From a virus (taxonomy: Duplodnaviria > Caudoviricetes): a stretch of 64,000 bases of DNA. The DNA lies in the IMG/VR virus record IMGVR_UViG_3300033121_000370, positions 8,742-72,741 of that record. One strand, given 5' to 3'. This document shows, in pieces, positions 32,782-42,528 of the stretch. A program made the position numbers and the translations under genes. The notes under the pieces are model-generated. The model did not search any database. It was given only the letters and a program-made list of their open reading frames with translations, and was not told the DNA's origin. Within the stretch, counting starts at the first letter, position 1, and each line of letters starts with the position of its first letter.

Positions 32782-35682
32782 ATGGAACAGCTGTCCTTTA
32801 ATTTTGACGTAGTTGCTGAAGAAGCTCCTCCTGCGCCTACCGTAACGAGTGGTCCTACAGTACCACTTAGCAAGGAGGTTTGGCAGCAGAAGTACGCAAA
32901 CGGGACGGAGACTCATGCTGAGGCTATGGCTCGCATAGCCAAGGCTTTGGGAGATTCTGAGGAACACACAGCCAAGTTCCAGGAAATCCTATCAGAAATG
33001 AGGTTCCTGCCAGCAGGGCGTATACAGGCTGGTGCTGGGTCGCCTAAGCGTGTTACATACCTAAACTGCTTTTTGTCTGGAGAAATCTTCGATTCTATGG
33101 ATTCCATCATGGATGCAGCCAAGGAAGCTGCTGAGACCATGAGGATGGGAGGCGGCATTGGGTTTAACTTCGGGCGCATTCGTCCTAGGGGAGACCTAAT
33201 TAAATCCTTGGATAGCCGTGCCTCTGGGCCTATTTCTTTCATGGGTATCTTCAATGCAGTGTGTCAAACTATCGCCTCTGCTGGCCATCGCCGGGGGGCC
33301 ATGATGGGGACTTTGCCCTGCTCCCACCCAGACATCTTCGAGTTTGTCAGGGCCAAGCGAAACGAAGAGAGCTTACGGGGTTTCAATATCTCTGTTCTGT
33401 GTACAGATGAGTTTATGGAAGCAGTAAAAGCTGATGGTGACTACAACCTAACCTTTGAGGGAAAGGTATACCGGACTATCCGTGCTCGTGAACTCTGGGA
33501 CGAAATTATGATGTCTACTTGGGACTGGGCGGAGCCGGGCATACTCTTTATTGACCGAATAAACCGTGAGAACAACGTCAGCTATGCCCATGAAATTATG
33601 GGAGTTAACCCTTGCGTTACCGGAGATACTCGTTTAGCTACCTCACGAGGCCTAGTAACAGTCAAAGAGTTATTCGATAGCCAAGAACAACTCAGTGTAG
33701 TAGCCGACAAACGCATCTTAAACTCCGGCCTCGGTGTGGAATTTAGGGATGCTGTACCTGTATTCCAGACATCTGAGATGGCTAAGGTGTACAAGGTTAC
33801 AACTAAGGCTGGTTACTCTATTCGAGCTACAGATTGGCATGGTTTCTTTGTCGCAGGAAGAGAGAAAGAGATTACTAGACTAAAAGATTTACAGGTTGGC
33901 CAAAAGCTACTAATACAGTCTGGAGAGGGTGGATTTGGCTTACAGGGGTATCCAGAACTTGGAAGAGTATTAGGGTTTATTACTGGTGACGGACATATCT
34001 CAGGAGAAATACCAAAGGCTACCATAGGTTTCTGGGGTCTAGACACTGAGTACGCTGACTCCTTAGCTCAAGACGTAGAGGTAATCCTCAAACGGGAAAC
34101 TAATAGTCATAAAAAGGTAAGTCCTTATGCTACCATAGCACGGAAATATCGTGGTATCGGTTCTACTGTACTAGCTCGTGTTCTAGCCCGCTATGGGTTT
34201 ACAAAAGAAACTAAATTAAAGGTTCCTGATGTTATTTGGAAAGGTAACCGTGAAACTGTAGTTGCTTATCTGCAAGGTCTGTTCGAGACCGACGGTACTA
34301 TCAATCGTTGCGTAGATACGTGCTCAGTTAGACTATCTTCTTCACACCGTTCTCTCCTAGAAGAAGTACAAATACTCCTCAGCAACTTCGGGGTGTACTC
34401 AACGATTAGTTCCCGCCGTAAGCCTGGATATAGAAACATGCCTAAGAATGACGGAACAGGTGAAATGAAGGCTTACTTCTGTAAAGAGAACTTTGAGCTC
34501 ATTATTGATGGTTCTTCAAGAGAAATCTTTATGGAAGAGATTGGTTTCTATGGGCTCCGTAAGCAGGAGAAATACCTCGACTGGAAAGTAGGTAAGGCCC
34601 TCTACAAGAAGCAGCCGTTTACATCCGAGATTAGCTCTATCGAGGAGGACGGTTACGAGCCTGTTTACGATACAACTCAGCCTGATATGAACACAGTTAT
34701 CTTCAACGGTTTAGTTACATCTCAGTGTGGAGAGGTCCCACTTCAACCCTATGGGGCTTGCCTCCTTGGTTCATTTAATATGGTAAAGTACCTAAACGAA
34801 GAAGCTAAAGAGTTTGATTGGCACACCCTTATACAGGACATTTCTACTGTAGTAAGGGCTATGGACAATGTAAACGATGTTAGTCCCTTTCCTCTCCCAG
34901 CCCAGAAGGAGGAAGCTCGTAAGTACCGCCGCATAGGCTTAGGTGTTACCGGCATGGCTAATGCGCTAGAGTTTTTAGGGCACTCATATGCCTCAGACTC
35001 TTACCTAACCGAGCAAGACAAGATTCTTGAGACCCTGTGTAATGCTGCCTATCAGGCATCTGCTTACCTAGCTAAAGAAAAGGGGGTTTTTCCCCGATTT
35101 GATAAAGAGAAGTTCCTAAATTCCCCCTTTGTGCAGCGCTTGGCTGAGCCCACTAAAGCTTTAATTAGGGAATACGGGGTACGAAATTCTCACCTAACAA
35201 GTCTTGCACCTACAGGAACAATCAGTTTAACAGCTGATAATGTATCTTCTGGTATTGAACCAGTGTTCAGTCATTCGTATACCCGGACCATCCAGACATT
35301 TGACGGCCCTGTGGTTGAAGCAGTTAAGGACTACGCATACGCCAAGTGGGGTATTAAAGGCAGAACATCTGGTGAGTGTCCAGTAGAAGACCATGTAGCT
35401 GTACTGGCTAGGGCTCAACGCTTCGTAGACCAAGCAGTGTCTAAGACGTGTAACGTTGGTAACCGTGTTACCTTCGATGAGTTCAAGGATGTTTACATGT
35501 TGGCCTACGAGAAAGGTTGCAAAGGTATTACTACTTTCCGTGCTGCCGGTAAGCGCTACGGCATCCTGAACGAGACTACCAAGAAGGACGATAAACCTGA
35601 GCAGGAAGCCACTTTAGATGTTGCACCAGCTGCTGAGGCGTGCTATTATGACCCTAGTACTGGTAAGAAGAGCTGTGAATGA
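32782..35682 (+). CDS. nrdJ: Class II (B12-dependent) ribonucleotide reductase with intein
   Basis: FLPAGRI, NCF, GGGIG, RRGAMM, NP/CGE, GLGVTG, APTGT, SSGIEP, SKTCN and KGITTFR. No nrdB nearby. C-terminal C...CE pair. Confidence 0.9.
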   Translation: MEQLSFNFDVVAEEAPPAPTVTSGPTVPLSKEVWQQKYANGTETHAEAMARIAKALGDSEEHTAKFQEILSEMRFLPAGRIQAGAGSPKRVTYLNCFLSGEIFDSMDSIMDAAKEAAETMRMGGGIGFNFGRIRPRGDLIKSLDSRASGPISFMGIFNAVCQTIASAGHRRGAMMGTLPCSHPDIFEFVRAKRNEESLRGFNISVLCTDEFMEAVKADGDYNLTFEGKVYRTIRARELWDEIMMSTWDWAEPGILFIDRINRENNVSYAHEIMGVNPCVTGDTRLATSRGLVTVKELFDSQEQLSVVADKRILNSGLGVEFRDAVPVFQTSEMAKVYKVTTKAGYSIRATDWHGFFVAGREKEITRLKDLQVGQKLLIQSGEGGFGLQGYPELGRVLGFITGDGHISGEIPKATIGFWGLDTEYADSLAQDVEVILKRETNSHKKVSPYATIARKYRGIGSTVLARVLARYGFTKETKLKVPDVIWKGNRETVVAYLQGLFETDGTINRCVDTCSVRLSSSHRSLLEEVQILLSNFGVYSTISSRRKPGYRNMPKNDGTGEMKAYFCKENFELIIDGSSREIFMEEIGFYGLRKQEKYLDWKVGKALYKKQPFTSEISSIEEDGYEPVYDTTQPDMNTVIFNGLVTSQCGEVPLQPYGACLLGSFNMVKYLNEEAKEFDWHTLIQDISTVVRAMDNVNDVSPFPLPAQKEEARKYRRIGLGVTGMANALEFLGHSYASDSYLTEQDKILETLCNAAYQASAYLAKEKGVFPRFDKEKFLNSPFVQRLAEPTKALIREYGVRNSHLTSLAPTGTISLTADNVSSGIEPVFSHSYTRTIQTFDGPVVEAVKDYAYAKWGIKGRTSGECPVEDHVAVLARAQRFVDQAVSKTCNVGNRVTFDEFKDVYMLAYEKGCKGITTFRAAGKRYGILNETTKKDDKPEQEATLDVAPAAEACYYDPSTGKKSCE
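33613..34725 (+). mobile_element. RNR intein (371 aa) with LAGLIDADG core, ending in Ser-Gln
   Basis: CVTGDT...TDWH...LGFITGDG...LQGLFETDG...VYD...NGLVTSQ/C. Excision restores GVNP-CGE. Confidence 0.92.
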
Positions 35683-35915
35683 CCGTAGCTAAGATTGGCA
35701 AGGTAACTTTGAAATCGCTGGATAACTTAAGGTTTATCCCAGGGCCTACTGACTGTCACCCCTTTGCCATTATAGACAAAGCTGCCCGAGAAGACTGGGA
35801 GAGGCTTACTATTACAGGCAAGACTAAACAAGGGGAGCACATCCACTGGAGCTCTACTAGCAGTAAGCCTCTTATCTTGTTTGACATAGAAGTACTAAGA
35901 AAGGACTTGGTGTAA
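35679..35915 (+). CDS. Hypothetical protein
   Basis: ATGA overlap with nrdJ. Confidence 0.55.
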   Translation: MTVAKIGKVTLKSLDNLRFIPGPTDCHPFAIIDKAAREDWERLTITGKTKQGEHIHWSSTSSKPLILFDIEVLRKDLV

Positions 35916-35917
35916 AG

Positions 35918-36190
35918 ATGACTAAGAAGAAACAGACAGAAGACAAGGATGCCCTACAGCGGGATGTAACCCCTCTGGACATCTGCCGCTACGACTACCG
36001 GAAGCACATCTTCAGGGGCTTCTTTGACACTGTAAATGACTCAGTGGAGTTTACTCCAAGCGGCTGGGGCACAGGGGAGACTACTGACCTGACGAAGAAA
36101 GAGTTCAAGCACTTTGCCAAGATGGTCCAGCGTATGTACCAAGACATCCTGGCTCTTGAGGACAAATACGGAGATTCAGATGCTTTCTAG
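35918..36190 (+). CDS. Hypothetical protein
   Basis: Tightly packed ORF. Confidence 0.55.
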   Translation: MTKKKQTEDKDALQRDVTPLDICRYDYRKHIFRGFFDTVNDSVEFTPSGWGTGETTDLTKKEFKHFAKMVQRMYQDILALEDKYGDSDAF

Positions 36191-36410
36191 TCGCTATTTC
36201 CCACCTTTTACGTTTACAGAGTGTGTAGATGTGTCGTCGGGTACCGATTACTTTCACATTTGGGCTTCCTCAACCCCTACCTCTTGGCCACAGGAACGGT
36301 CATACTTTGCAACGGGTAACCTAAAACTAGATAGAAAAGCTGCGGCAATTTTGGCAGGTGCCCTAAAGCTCTTTCTGGACACAGAAAAGGACATCCAGGA
36401 CAATGACTAG
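36180..36410 (+). CDS. Hypothetical protein
   Basis: ATG at 36180, in the same frame as the track ORF 36114..36410. Confidence 0.45.
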   Translation: MLSSRYFPPFTFTECVDVSSGTDYFHIWASSTPTSWPQERSYFATGNLKLDRKAAAILAGALKLFLDTEKDIQDND

Positions 36411-36705
36411 AGAAGAACTACTGGCTAAGGCCAAGGAATATGTGTGCGCCGATAGGGCTGCTAGCTACGCCGGGCCTGAGGAATCCTTTGGCCTAATAAG
36501 CCAGTTCTGGTCAGTATACAAAGGTGTACACTTCTCACCGAGAGATGTAGCTGCCATGATGGCCCTGTTGAAGCTGGCTCGTATAGCCAAGAACAGCAAC
36601 CATGAGGATTCCTGGATAGACGTAGCGGGCTACGCTGCCTGTGGGGTTGAGTGTAAGCAGGAGATGACTGAGCTTCCTACTAGTGAAGCTTTCCTAAAAT
36701 GCTAA
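36403..36705 (+). CDS. DUF6378-like phage protein
   Basis: DRAASY..PEESF..I...W...SPRDVA.MM.LLKLAR...DSWIDVAGYAA. Confidence 0.75.
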   Translation: MTREELLAKAKEYVCADRAASYAGPEESFGLISQFWSVYKGVHFSPRDVAAMMALLKLARIAKNSNHEDSWIDVAGYAACGVECKQEMTELPTSEAFLKC

Positions 36706-36793
36706 GGATAACCCGTCCGTACATATCTTCCTAAAGTCAAGTCCTGTATAATTTGTGGAGGCAACCTACTAATCTCTAAGGACCTCCTCCCAC

Positions 36794-37228
36794 GTGACCA
36801 GAAGCCCCATCTACCAGAGAGTACTTAGTTCCCAATTTAACAAGTGTGCTTACTGTGAAGATGAGATGATTCTGGAGTACGGAAAGGCTAAGTCAGTAAC
36901 CCTAGACCACGTAGTGCCCAAGAGCCGAGGCGGAAGAGATTTAGTAGGCGCTTGTTATACCTGTAACCAAAAGAAAGGTGCTAAGCCCTTGATGCAGTTT
37001 CTAAAAGAGGATTTATACCCCCATGACCATGAAAAAGCTTCTGCTCTTTTTAACTCCATTGCTAGTGGTCTTAACCGTGACCGGGTGCTCCTTCACAAGG
37101 ACAATACCCCAAGGGAACGAGTTGTGCTTGGTCCTTCTACAGCCTATCTCTATGGGCGGGGTATTGCCGGGGTCAGAGTCCGAGAGACAAGTAGTCCTAC
37201 ACAACTGTCGCTATTTAAAGCTTTGTAA
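36794..37228 (+). CDS. HNH endonuclease
   Basis: CAYC...TLDHVVPKSRGG...ACYTCNQKKG. Confidence 0.8.
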   Translation: MTRSPIYQRVLSSQFNKCAYCEDEMILEYGKAKSVTLDHVVPKSRGGRDLVGACYTCNQKKGAKPLMQFLKEDLYPHDHEKASALFNSIASGLNRDRVLLHKDNTPRERVVLGPSTAYLYGRGIAGVRVRETSSPTQLSLFKAL

Positions 37229-37251
37229 GCCTGACCTTTGGGAGGATACCT

Positions 37252-37503
37252 GTGGAAGCTAAATACCTGGAACAGATTGATAAGGCTATAGAAAATGCCC
37301 CTACCCGCGAGGAGAAGGAGCTTATTCACTGGCACACTACCAACTTCTATAACTTGGCTATCCCTAATAAGTACAGCCCTTGGGGTATAGACCCAGAGGC
37401 TTTCAACGCTATGTTAGGCAGCCACGACTTCCTTAGGAAGTATATCTCTACGGAAACAGCTTCCGAAGCTCCTCCTGAACCGAGTGAAGCTTCTCCGGGC
37501 TAG
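37252..37503 (+). CDS. Hypothetical protein, last gene of the plus arm
   Basis: GTG start with RBS ggagg; overlaps a convergent gene. Confidence 0.45.
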   Translation: MEAKYLEQIDKAIENAPTREEKELIHWHTTNFYNLAIPNKYSPWGIDPEAFNAMLGSHDFLRKYISTETASEAPPEPSEASPG

Positions 37504-37675
37504 CCTTAGCTAACTCTGCATCCGACTTAAGAGCGTCCTTGATAACAGTATCTTGGGCGCTTCTTTCTTTGGAAGCCTCTGCGCGTGTACCGGCCTCATA
37601 TGTAGCCCAATAGGAAATCCCCCTCCAGATGTACTCCAGAAGGGGACCCAAGAGCTCTTTAATAGAAAAGCTCAT
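37448..37675 (-). CDS. Small lysis-cassette protein
   Basis: Follows the holin-like gene; short hydrophobic N-terminus. Confidence 0.5.
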   Translation of the reverse strand: MSFSIKELLGPLLEYIWRGISYWATYEAGTRAEASKERSAQDTVIKDALKSDAELAKASPEKLHSVQEELRKLFP

Positions 37676-37684
37676 CTATGTCAA

Positions 37685-37843
37685 TCACTTAGCAGTAATA
37701 CCGTTACGGATAGTAGCGCCTAGAGCGGCAGTTACTACCAGCTGAATGGTGTCAGCCAGGGAGGCGTCACCAACCAAGTAAGAAGCAATAGCGCCTAGAG
37801 CGGCTACAGCAGCTACAATGTATGTCTTATAACCCTTTAGCAT
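37685..37843 (-). CDS. Holin-like two-TM protein
   Basis: Not in the ORF track. MLKGYKTYIVAAVAALGAIASYLVGDASLADTIQLVVTAALGATIRNGITAK, next to the endolysin. Confidence 0.65.
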   Translation of the reverse strand: MLKGYKTYIVAAVAALGAIASYLVGDASLADTIQLVVTAALGATIRNGITAK

Positions 37844-37848
37844 TTCCT

Positions 37849-38259
37849 TCAGTTGTCCTTTCGTAGTTCAAAGTGTGGCATGTCGATGAACTTGTCATCA
37901 CCTACAACGCCGTTCATGTTAAAGTCTCCACCCCACCGGATAGAGATTCCAAGGCGTTTAGCTTCGCCTAGAATATGTGTAGCTAGCTTACGCAGCTTAG
38001 CTTTGTTCCAACTTAGCTGCCCGTTAACCATAGGGCAAATGTCTACAGCCTCGGAGGGCTGCCTATTGTGCTTTGAAGTAGGCCAAGGCGTCTTGGACTT
38101 ACCCTCTAGTACAGCTTTGTCCTGGTCTTCCCTGGAGCGATAGCCACAGACAACCATAAAATCTATGGGGGTAGTCTTAATAGCCTCGGTAAATAACTCC
38201 TGAAGCTTTGGGTGGGCTGTGCTAAGACGCCCTAGAGAGAGCTTAGAGAACCTAGCCAC
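37849..38259 (-). CDS. Endolysin, M15-family peptidase
   Basis: CGYRS..Q, SKHN..PSEAVDI, WGGD and DMPHFEL. Confidence 0.88.
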   Translation of the reverse strand: MARFSKLSLGRLSTAHPKLQELFTEAIKTTPIDFMVVCGYRSREDQDKAVLEGKSKTPWPTSKHNRQPSEAVDICPMVNGQLSWNKAKLRKLATHILGEAKRLGISIRWGGDFNMNGVVGDDKFIDMPHFELRKDN

Positions 38260-39007
38260 TTCTACCTGAGCTCCTTAGCTTTTGTTGTGGGTGAGGGCGC
38301 TCTTCAGGGGGTTTCCGGCCCTCTAGGCGGGCTTTTACCCGCTCAACGTGGAACCAGGTCTCATCTGGGAGGTACCTAGAAATTACGTTGTAGTCAGTTG
38401 TACCCAAGCGGTCTATCAACCTGCGGAGGTGGCCCTGGCCCCAATTATAACCAGCTAGGCCTAGCTCTAACGTACCAAACTTACTTACCTGTTGTCTGAT
38501 GTACTCTTGCCCAAAGCTCCTGTTTAGGGAGGGGTCATTCAACATCCCCTCATGGAAATTGTCTATGCCTCGTTTCCTAGCTAGCTCTGCCGCTGTTTCA
38601 GGCATAAGCTGCATAAGGCCCCTTGCACCTGCTTCTGAGCGGGCTCTAGGCCTGTGGGAGCTCTCTACAAACTCTAGAGCGTTGTACACAGATTCCGGTC
38701 GGTGCCCTGCCCAAGGGCCTGTCTCTGGAGGAGCACTACGCCGTGGGAACACTACAGGCGCTGGAGGCTTACGCTGGGGCAAGGGAGGAAGGACTACAGG
38801 AGCTGGAAGGCTGGGAGCCAAGTCTCGTAGCCCTGCTTCAGCTAGCGGGTCTTCTTGGGTCATCTGGTCCAGCATATCCCTAGAGATAAGGTCCTGGACA
38901 GTAGGGCCGCTAGGCCGCTGAGGGTTAGCCGCTATCTGCTGTAGGAGCCTATTAGAGCGCTCTACACCAGGTCTACTTGTACTTAGGAAATCCAGAAAAC
39001 CAGCCAC
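38252..39007 (-). CDS. SLT lytic transglycosylase
   Basis: VESS, AGARGLMQLMPETA and AGYNWG. Probable GTG start at 39007. Confidence 0.85.
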   Translation of the reverse strand: MAGFLDFLSTSRPGVERSNRLLQQIAANPQRPSGPTVQDLISRDMLDQMTQEDPLAEAGLRDLAPSLPAPVVLPPLPQRKPPAPVVFPRRSAPPETGPWAGHRPESVYNALEFVESSHRPRARSEAGARGLMQLMPETAAELARKRGIDNFHEGMLNDPSLNRSFGQEYIRQQVSKFGTLELGLAGYNWGQGHLRRLIDRLGTTDYNVISRYLPDETWFHVERVKARLEGRKPPEERPHPQQKLRSSGRSG

Positions 39008-39014
39008 AGCTAAG

Positions 39015-39344
39015 TTAGTACTCCATGTCCAAGGTATAGTCGCCATCAATAAGAGGACCAGCCTCAGCCTTGATAGCTTCCTTGAGCAGCTCGGCTGCCC
39101 CCAGGGCTTCAATAAGAGAGAAGCCAACATTCAATACCTGTATTTCATCGTCTTTGTCCTTTACAAGGCACAGCAAACTAGATACATTATCTGCTTCGAA
39201 AGCTTTCTTTAGATGACTGTAAGCAGTTGCCAGTCCTTGGTCTACTACGCTCAACGGATTCACCTCTACGGCTTCTTGGGCTTTCTTTGGCTTCTTAGCC
39301 TTTTTTGGCTTTAACTTTGTTGGAAACTCTATTACGTCTGCCAT
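39015..39344 (-). CDS. Hypothetical protein
   Basis: ORF in the late-arm orientation. Confidence 0.6.
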   Translation of the reverse strand: MADVIEFPTKLKPKKAKKPKKAQEAVEVNPLSVVDQGLATAYSHLKKAFEADNVSSLLCLVKDKDDEIQVLNVGFSLIEALGAAELLKEAIKAEAGPLIDGDYTLDMEY

Positions 39345-39439
39345 TTCTCTTCTTCTTCTTAGCTTTCTTCTTTTTCTTTAGTAGGCTAGGAGTGCTAATC
39401 ATTCTAGGAGTGGATGCTCGGGATATTACCATCTTCTAA

Positions 39440-39775
39440 TTATCTGTACCGGGGGAGCTTTTTCCTGCCCCCTTTAGGCCTTCCACCATTAGTACTGTTC
39501 CTGCCCCTATTAGCAGACTTCGAAAGAATGCGTAAATTGCTTTTAGTAGTTGAGCCACCGGACTTCAGAGACCTTTTGTGGTCTACATCCTTTCCATCCC
39601 CCTTGTGGGCTTTACCGGCTTTAACCATGATGCGTCTGGCTTTGTTTCGCGCCGCCCTCTTCTTCTTCTGCTCAGGGCTAGCGTGATACATTTGGTATTC
39701 TCTTTTATAATCACGGACTCGGCCTGTAGCCTTAGTAGTCTTTTTGCTACTACTTCTTTTCTTTTTTACTGGCAT
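39440..39775 (-). CDS. Small HNH-like protein
   Basis: RDYKREY...KRAARNKARR...DVDH...GG...NLR...NR. Confidence 0.7.
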   Translation of the reverse strand: MPVKKKRSSSKKTTKATGRVRDYKREYQMYHASPEQKKKRAARNKARRIMVKAGKAHKGDGKDVDHKRSLKSGGSTTKSNLRILSKSANRGRNSTNGGRPKGGRKKLPRYR

Positions 39776-39891
39776 CGCTCTTTTTTACTTTCGGAATATT
39801 CACTTTAACCGAAGGCTTTAGGGAGTACACAATCTTAAAAGGCACATCTGTGTTCGTAGGCATACCGTTTGTGTCTCCCTTAAATTCAACC

Positions 39892-41682
39892 TCAATTATA
39901 GCACGGAATCTTCTTTTGAAAGAAATCATTATAATCCAATGGCTTACCAGCAGCAGCCTCTGCTTGCTCTTCCAGCTTCTTCTGCTTTTCCTGTAGGGCG
40001 AGGTACTGCTTCCAACCGTATCCAATCAAGCTGTTATCGTCTAGGTGGAGGGTCATCCCTAACTTCTTCTGGAAAGTCGGTACTACGTGCATGAAGTCCT
40101 GGTATAGGGCTACAAACTCTCCGGTAGTAAGGAACTTACGGTAAGTGCTTGGAAACTCCCCTACAAATGGCTGGGGGTTAGCCTCATCAATACCTACAGT
40201 AACATACTTAGGTTTGCCTGTATCCAGAAGAGCTGTCTGGTTTACCTGCTCGGGGTCTACATTAGAGTCAAAGCCCACCATATGGGTCTTGCTGTATCCC
40301 ATTAGCTCCAGGATTCCTAGGGTGCGAATGGCTGAGCAAGTTCCCACAGCTGTTGCCGAGGTAGTAGCTACATTGAGCTTGCCCTTGTTAGCTCTGAAAA
40401 AATCCACCAATTCGTTGTTAAACGTGTGAAACCCTAGAACCCTTAGACCGCGCTTGATGAAGTGCCTAGTAACGCTAGGATGGGTCATAGAGGCTAGCAG
40501 GAATAACGTATCAGTTGAGGCTTCCTTGAATAGGTCTTTGCGAACCTTGCCCAGTGTGGACACGCCTGTGAGCTCCCTAGGGTCTAGGATTACACAAAAG
40601 TCTGGCGTAATACCTGCCGCCACAAGGCGAGGAAAGCTGTGCTTCACGCAGAAGATGTCTGCCCCACGCTCCTTCAGCTGCTTAATCTTGGGCAGGAACT
40701 TTTCCAGGCTAGGTCCACCAGATACAACTACAGCTGTACGCTTGTGCGGCTGTAGCCGGACTAACCAGGAATCAATAAGCTTAGTGTTAGTCTTGATGTT
40801 CTTTAGGAGCTCTTTCTTGTCTACACAGTCTGTTGGGTTTACCTTGTACGCTCCGAACTTGGGTGACTCACTGTTTGCTTGCTTTACAGCAGCCGCTGGA
40901 GCATCCTTCAGGTTGCCCTTTAAATGGGTCATGAAGTTGCCAAGAACTGATTGCTTAAAGGCTGCAAGGCCTTGAGCGTCCTCAGGCGTTAGGCTCTTTG
41001 TCTTAAGGCCATGCCACTTGTGGATGTTCAACAGGCGTTCAAAGATGAAACCATCGTGCCACTCGCCGTAGAACTGGAACTCACCTGAGAGGAACATATC
41101 CAGGTTGTTACTAAGAAATACACGTACCCGTGGGTTGCTGACCTTGTACGCCACAAAGCTTGTTTCAGAGTAGTAGGTAGACTTACGGCCTAGATGAACC
41201 AGGTCAGCCTCCCCAGATACCCAAGAATCAATGTCAGCTTCAGATACCTTTTTGTTAGTGATGGTATCAGCGTCCAGCCAGATAATCCACTCGTAGTTAT
41301 CCCCTACAGTTGCATTAGCTGCTGCTAGAGCGAATACCTTATTAGTAAACTTAAGAGCATCTAGCTGCCAAGGGATAGCTCCTTGCTTAATGGCCTCTTC
41401 GGGGATACGGGTCTTTAGCAGGTTAACCGTACCATCTTTGAATACCTTAAGCTCTGGAATCTCATCCAGGTTACCATACTTAATGTTCTTCTGCTTCAGC
41501 ATATCTGTGGGAACCCAAGGCTTAACAGGTGTTGGGTACTCCGAGTGATGGTAAACGATGAGGTCTACACTCTTGGGCCAATTAGCTGCCCATGAGCTGA
41601 TGAACTTCTTACCGTACTTGTGGTAGCCCTTCTCAGAAAACGAGGTTACTACTAGATACTTCTTCTTTTTAGCTTTTACCAT
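39892..41682 (-). CDS. Glycosyltransferase-like domain fused to a DUF115/MptE-like (Maf-like) domain
   Basis: N-half: VTSFS..GY..YG..F..SW, KFTNKVFA, WLDAD. C-half: AVVVSGGPSL, FCVKH, GITPDFCVILDPR, MVGFD. Confidence 0.65.
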   Translation of the reverse strand: MVKAKKKKYLVVTSFSEKGYHKYGKKFISSWAANWPKSVDLIVYHHSEYPTPVKPWVPTDMLKQKNIKYGNLDEIPELKVFKDGTVNLLKTRIPEEAIKQGAIPWQLDALKFTNKVFALAAANATVGDNYEWIIWLDADTITNKKVSEADIDSWVSGEADLVHLGRKSTYYSETSFVAYKVSNPRVRVFLSNNLDMFLSGEFQFYGEWHDGFIFERLLNIHKWHGLKTKSLTPEDAQGLAAFKQSVLGNFMTHLKGNLKDAPAAAVKQANSESPKFGAYKVNPTDCVDKKELLKNIKTNTKLIDSWLVRLQPHKRTAVVVSGGPSLEKFLPKIKQLKERGADIFCVKHSFPRLVAAGITPDFCVILDPRELTGVSTLGKVRKDLFKEASTDTLFLLASMTHPSVTRHFIKRGLRVLGFHTFNNELVDFFRANKGKLNVATTSATAVGTCSAIRTLGILELMGYSKTHMVGFDSNVDPEQVNQTALLDTGKPKYVTVGIDEANPQPFVGEFPSTYRKFLTTGEFVALYQDFMHVVPTFQKKLGMTLHLDDNSLIGYGWKQYLALQEKQKKLEEQAEAAAGKPLDYNDFFQKKIPCYN

Positions 41683-41694
41683 TATTGTTACTTC

Positions 41695-42528
41695 TTATTC
41701 CCAAATTCTTGTTAAACGGGGTGTACTAGCCACCCATTGCTTCCATGCCTCTAGTTCATCCCACCACATGCCTGACCAGGAGCAGGACCTGTTAGGGCCA
41801 CTAAACCAAGGGGCCTTCTCAGTGTAGTGGATAATCTTAGGAGGTTTATCGGTATTGTCCTCCGAGTGGTCAGGGATGAACTGGTACTCTTCAGGCAACC
41901 CCACAATGGCTGATTCGTCAGGCAGCCACTTGAATGTATGGAGGTACATACCCGGCATCTGGTTTACACTCTCTGCACTGAGGTTATCCAGGAGGTAATG
42001 CTGGGTATTGAAACACATAAAGGCCGACCAAAGTTTCTTCTCGTACTTCAGCTGTAGGCAACCATCCATCTTTACCTCCGTGTAGGTAGGAAACTGATGC
42101 TTCACTACAGCCACAGGGTTAGCCGCGTAGTCCTTGTTCAGGATGTCGAAGAGGCTATTCAAGTCTGTACGAAAGAGGAAGTCACAGTCGGCAAATATTG
42201 TGTAGCCCTTCAGGCCTAGAGCCCGAGCAATCGTAGGCACCAGAAAGCGGGTGAAGGAGAAGTCGACAGAATGAGGCCGAGTCTCCAGGACATCCACGTA
42301 CTGGCCTGTAGAGCCCTCAATGAGGGTAGGCCGAGAATATAGGCCTATCTGACGTAAGGCCTTGGTGTACAAGGGGAAAACCTTTACACCTGGGCTCCTA
42401 CGTTCAATGGAATACTTGGCTACCAGGTAGGCCATAGTCTCTCGAGTGTCTAAGCCGATAAACACTACATTGTCCTCTGGCTCTACGCCAGGGAACATAT
42501 CCTTAAGGGCTGATACTGTTTTTAGCAT
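41695..42528 (-). CDS. GT8-like glycosyltransferase
   Basis: FIGLDTRE, FSFTRFLVP, FADCDFL (DxD), KKLWSAFMCFN and IIHYT..PW. Confidence 0.75.
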   Translation of the reverse strand: MLKTVSALKDMFPGVEPEDNVVFIGLDTRETMAYLVAKYSIERRSPGVKVFPLYTKALRQIGLYSRPTLIEGSTGQYVDVLETRPHSVDFSFTRFLVPTIARALGLKGYTIFADCDFLFRTDLNSLFDILNKDYAANPVAVVKHQFPTYTEVKMDGCLQLKYEKKLWSAFMCFNTQHYLLDNLSAESVNQMPGMYLHTFKWLPDESAIVGLPEEYQFIPDHSEDNTDKPPKIIHYTEKAPWFSGPNRSCSWSGMWWDELEAWKQWVASTPRLTRIWE

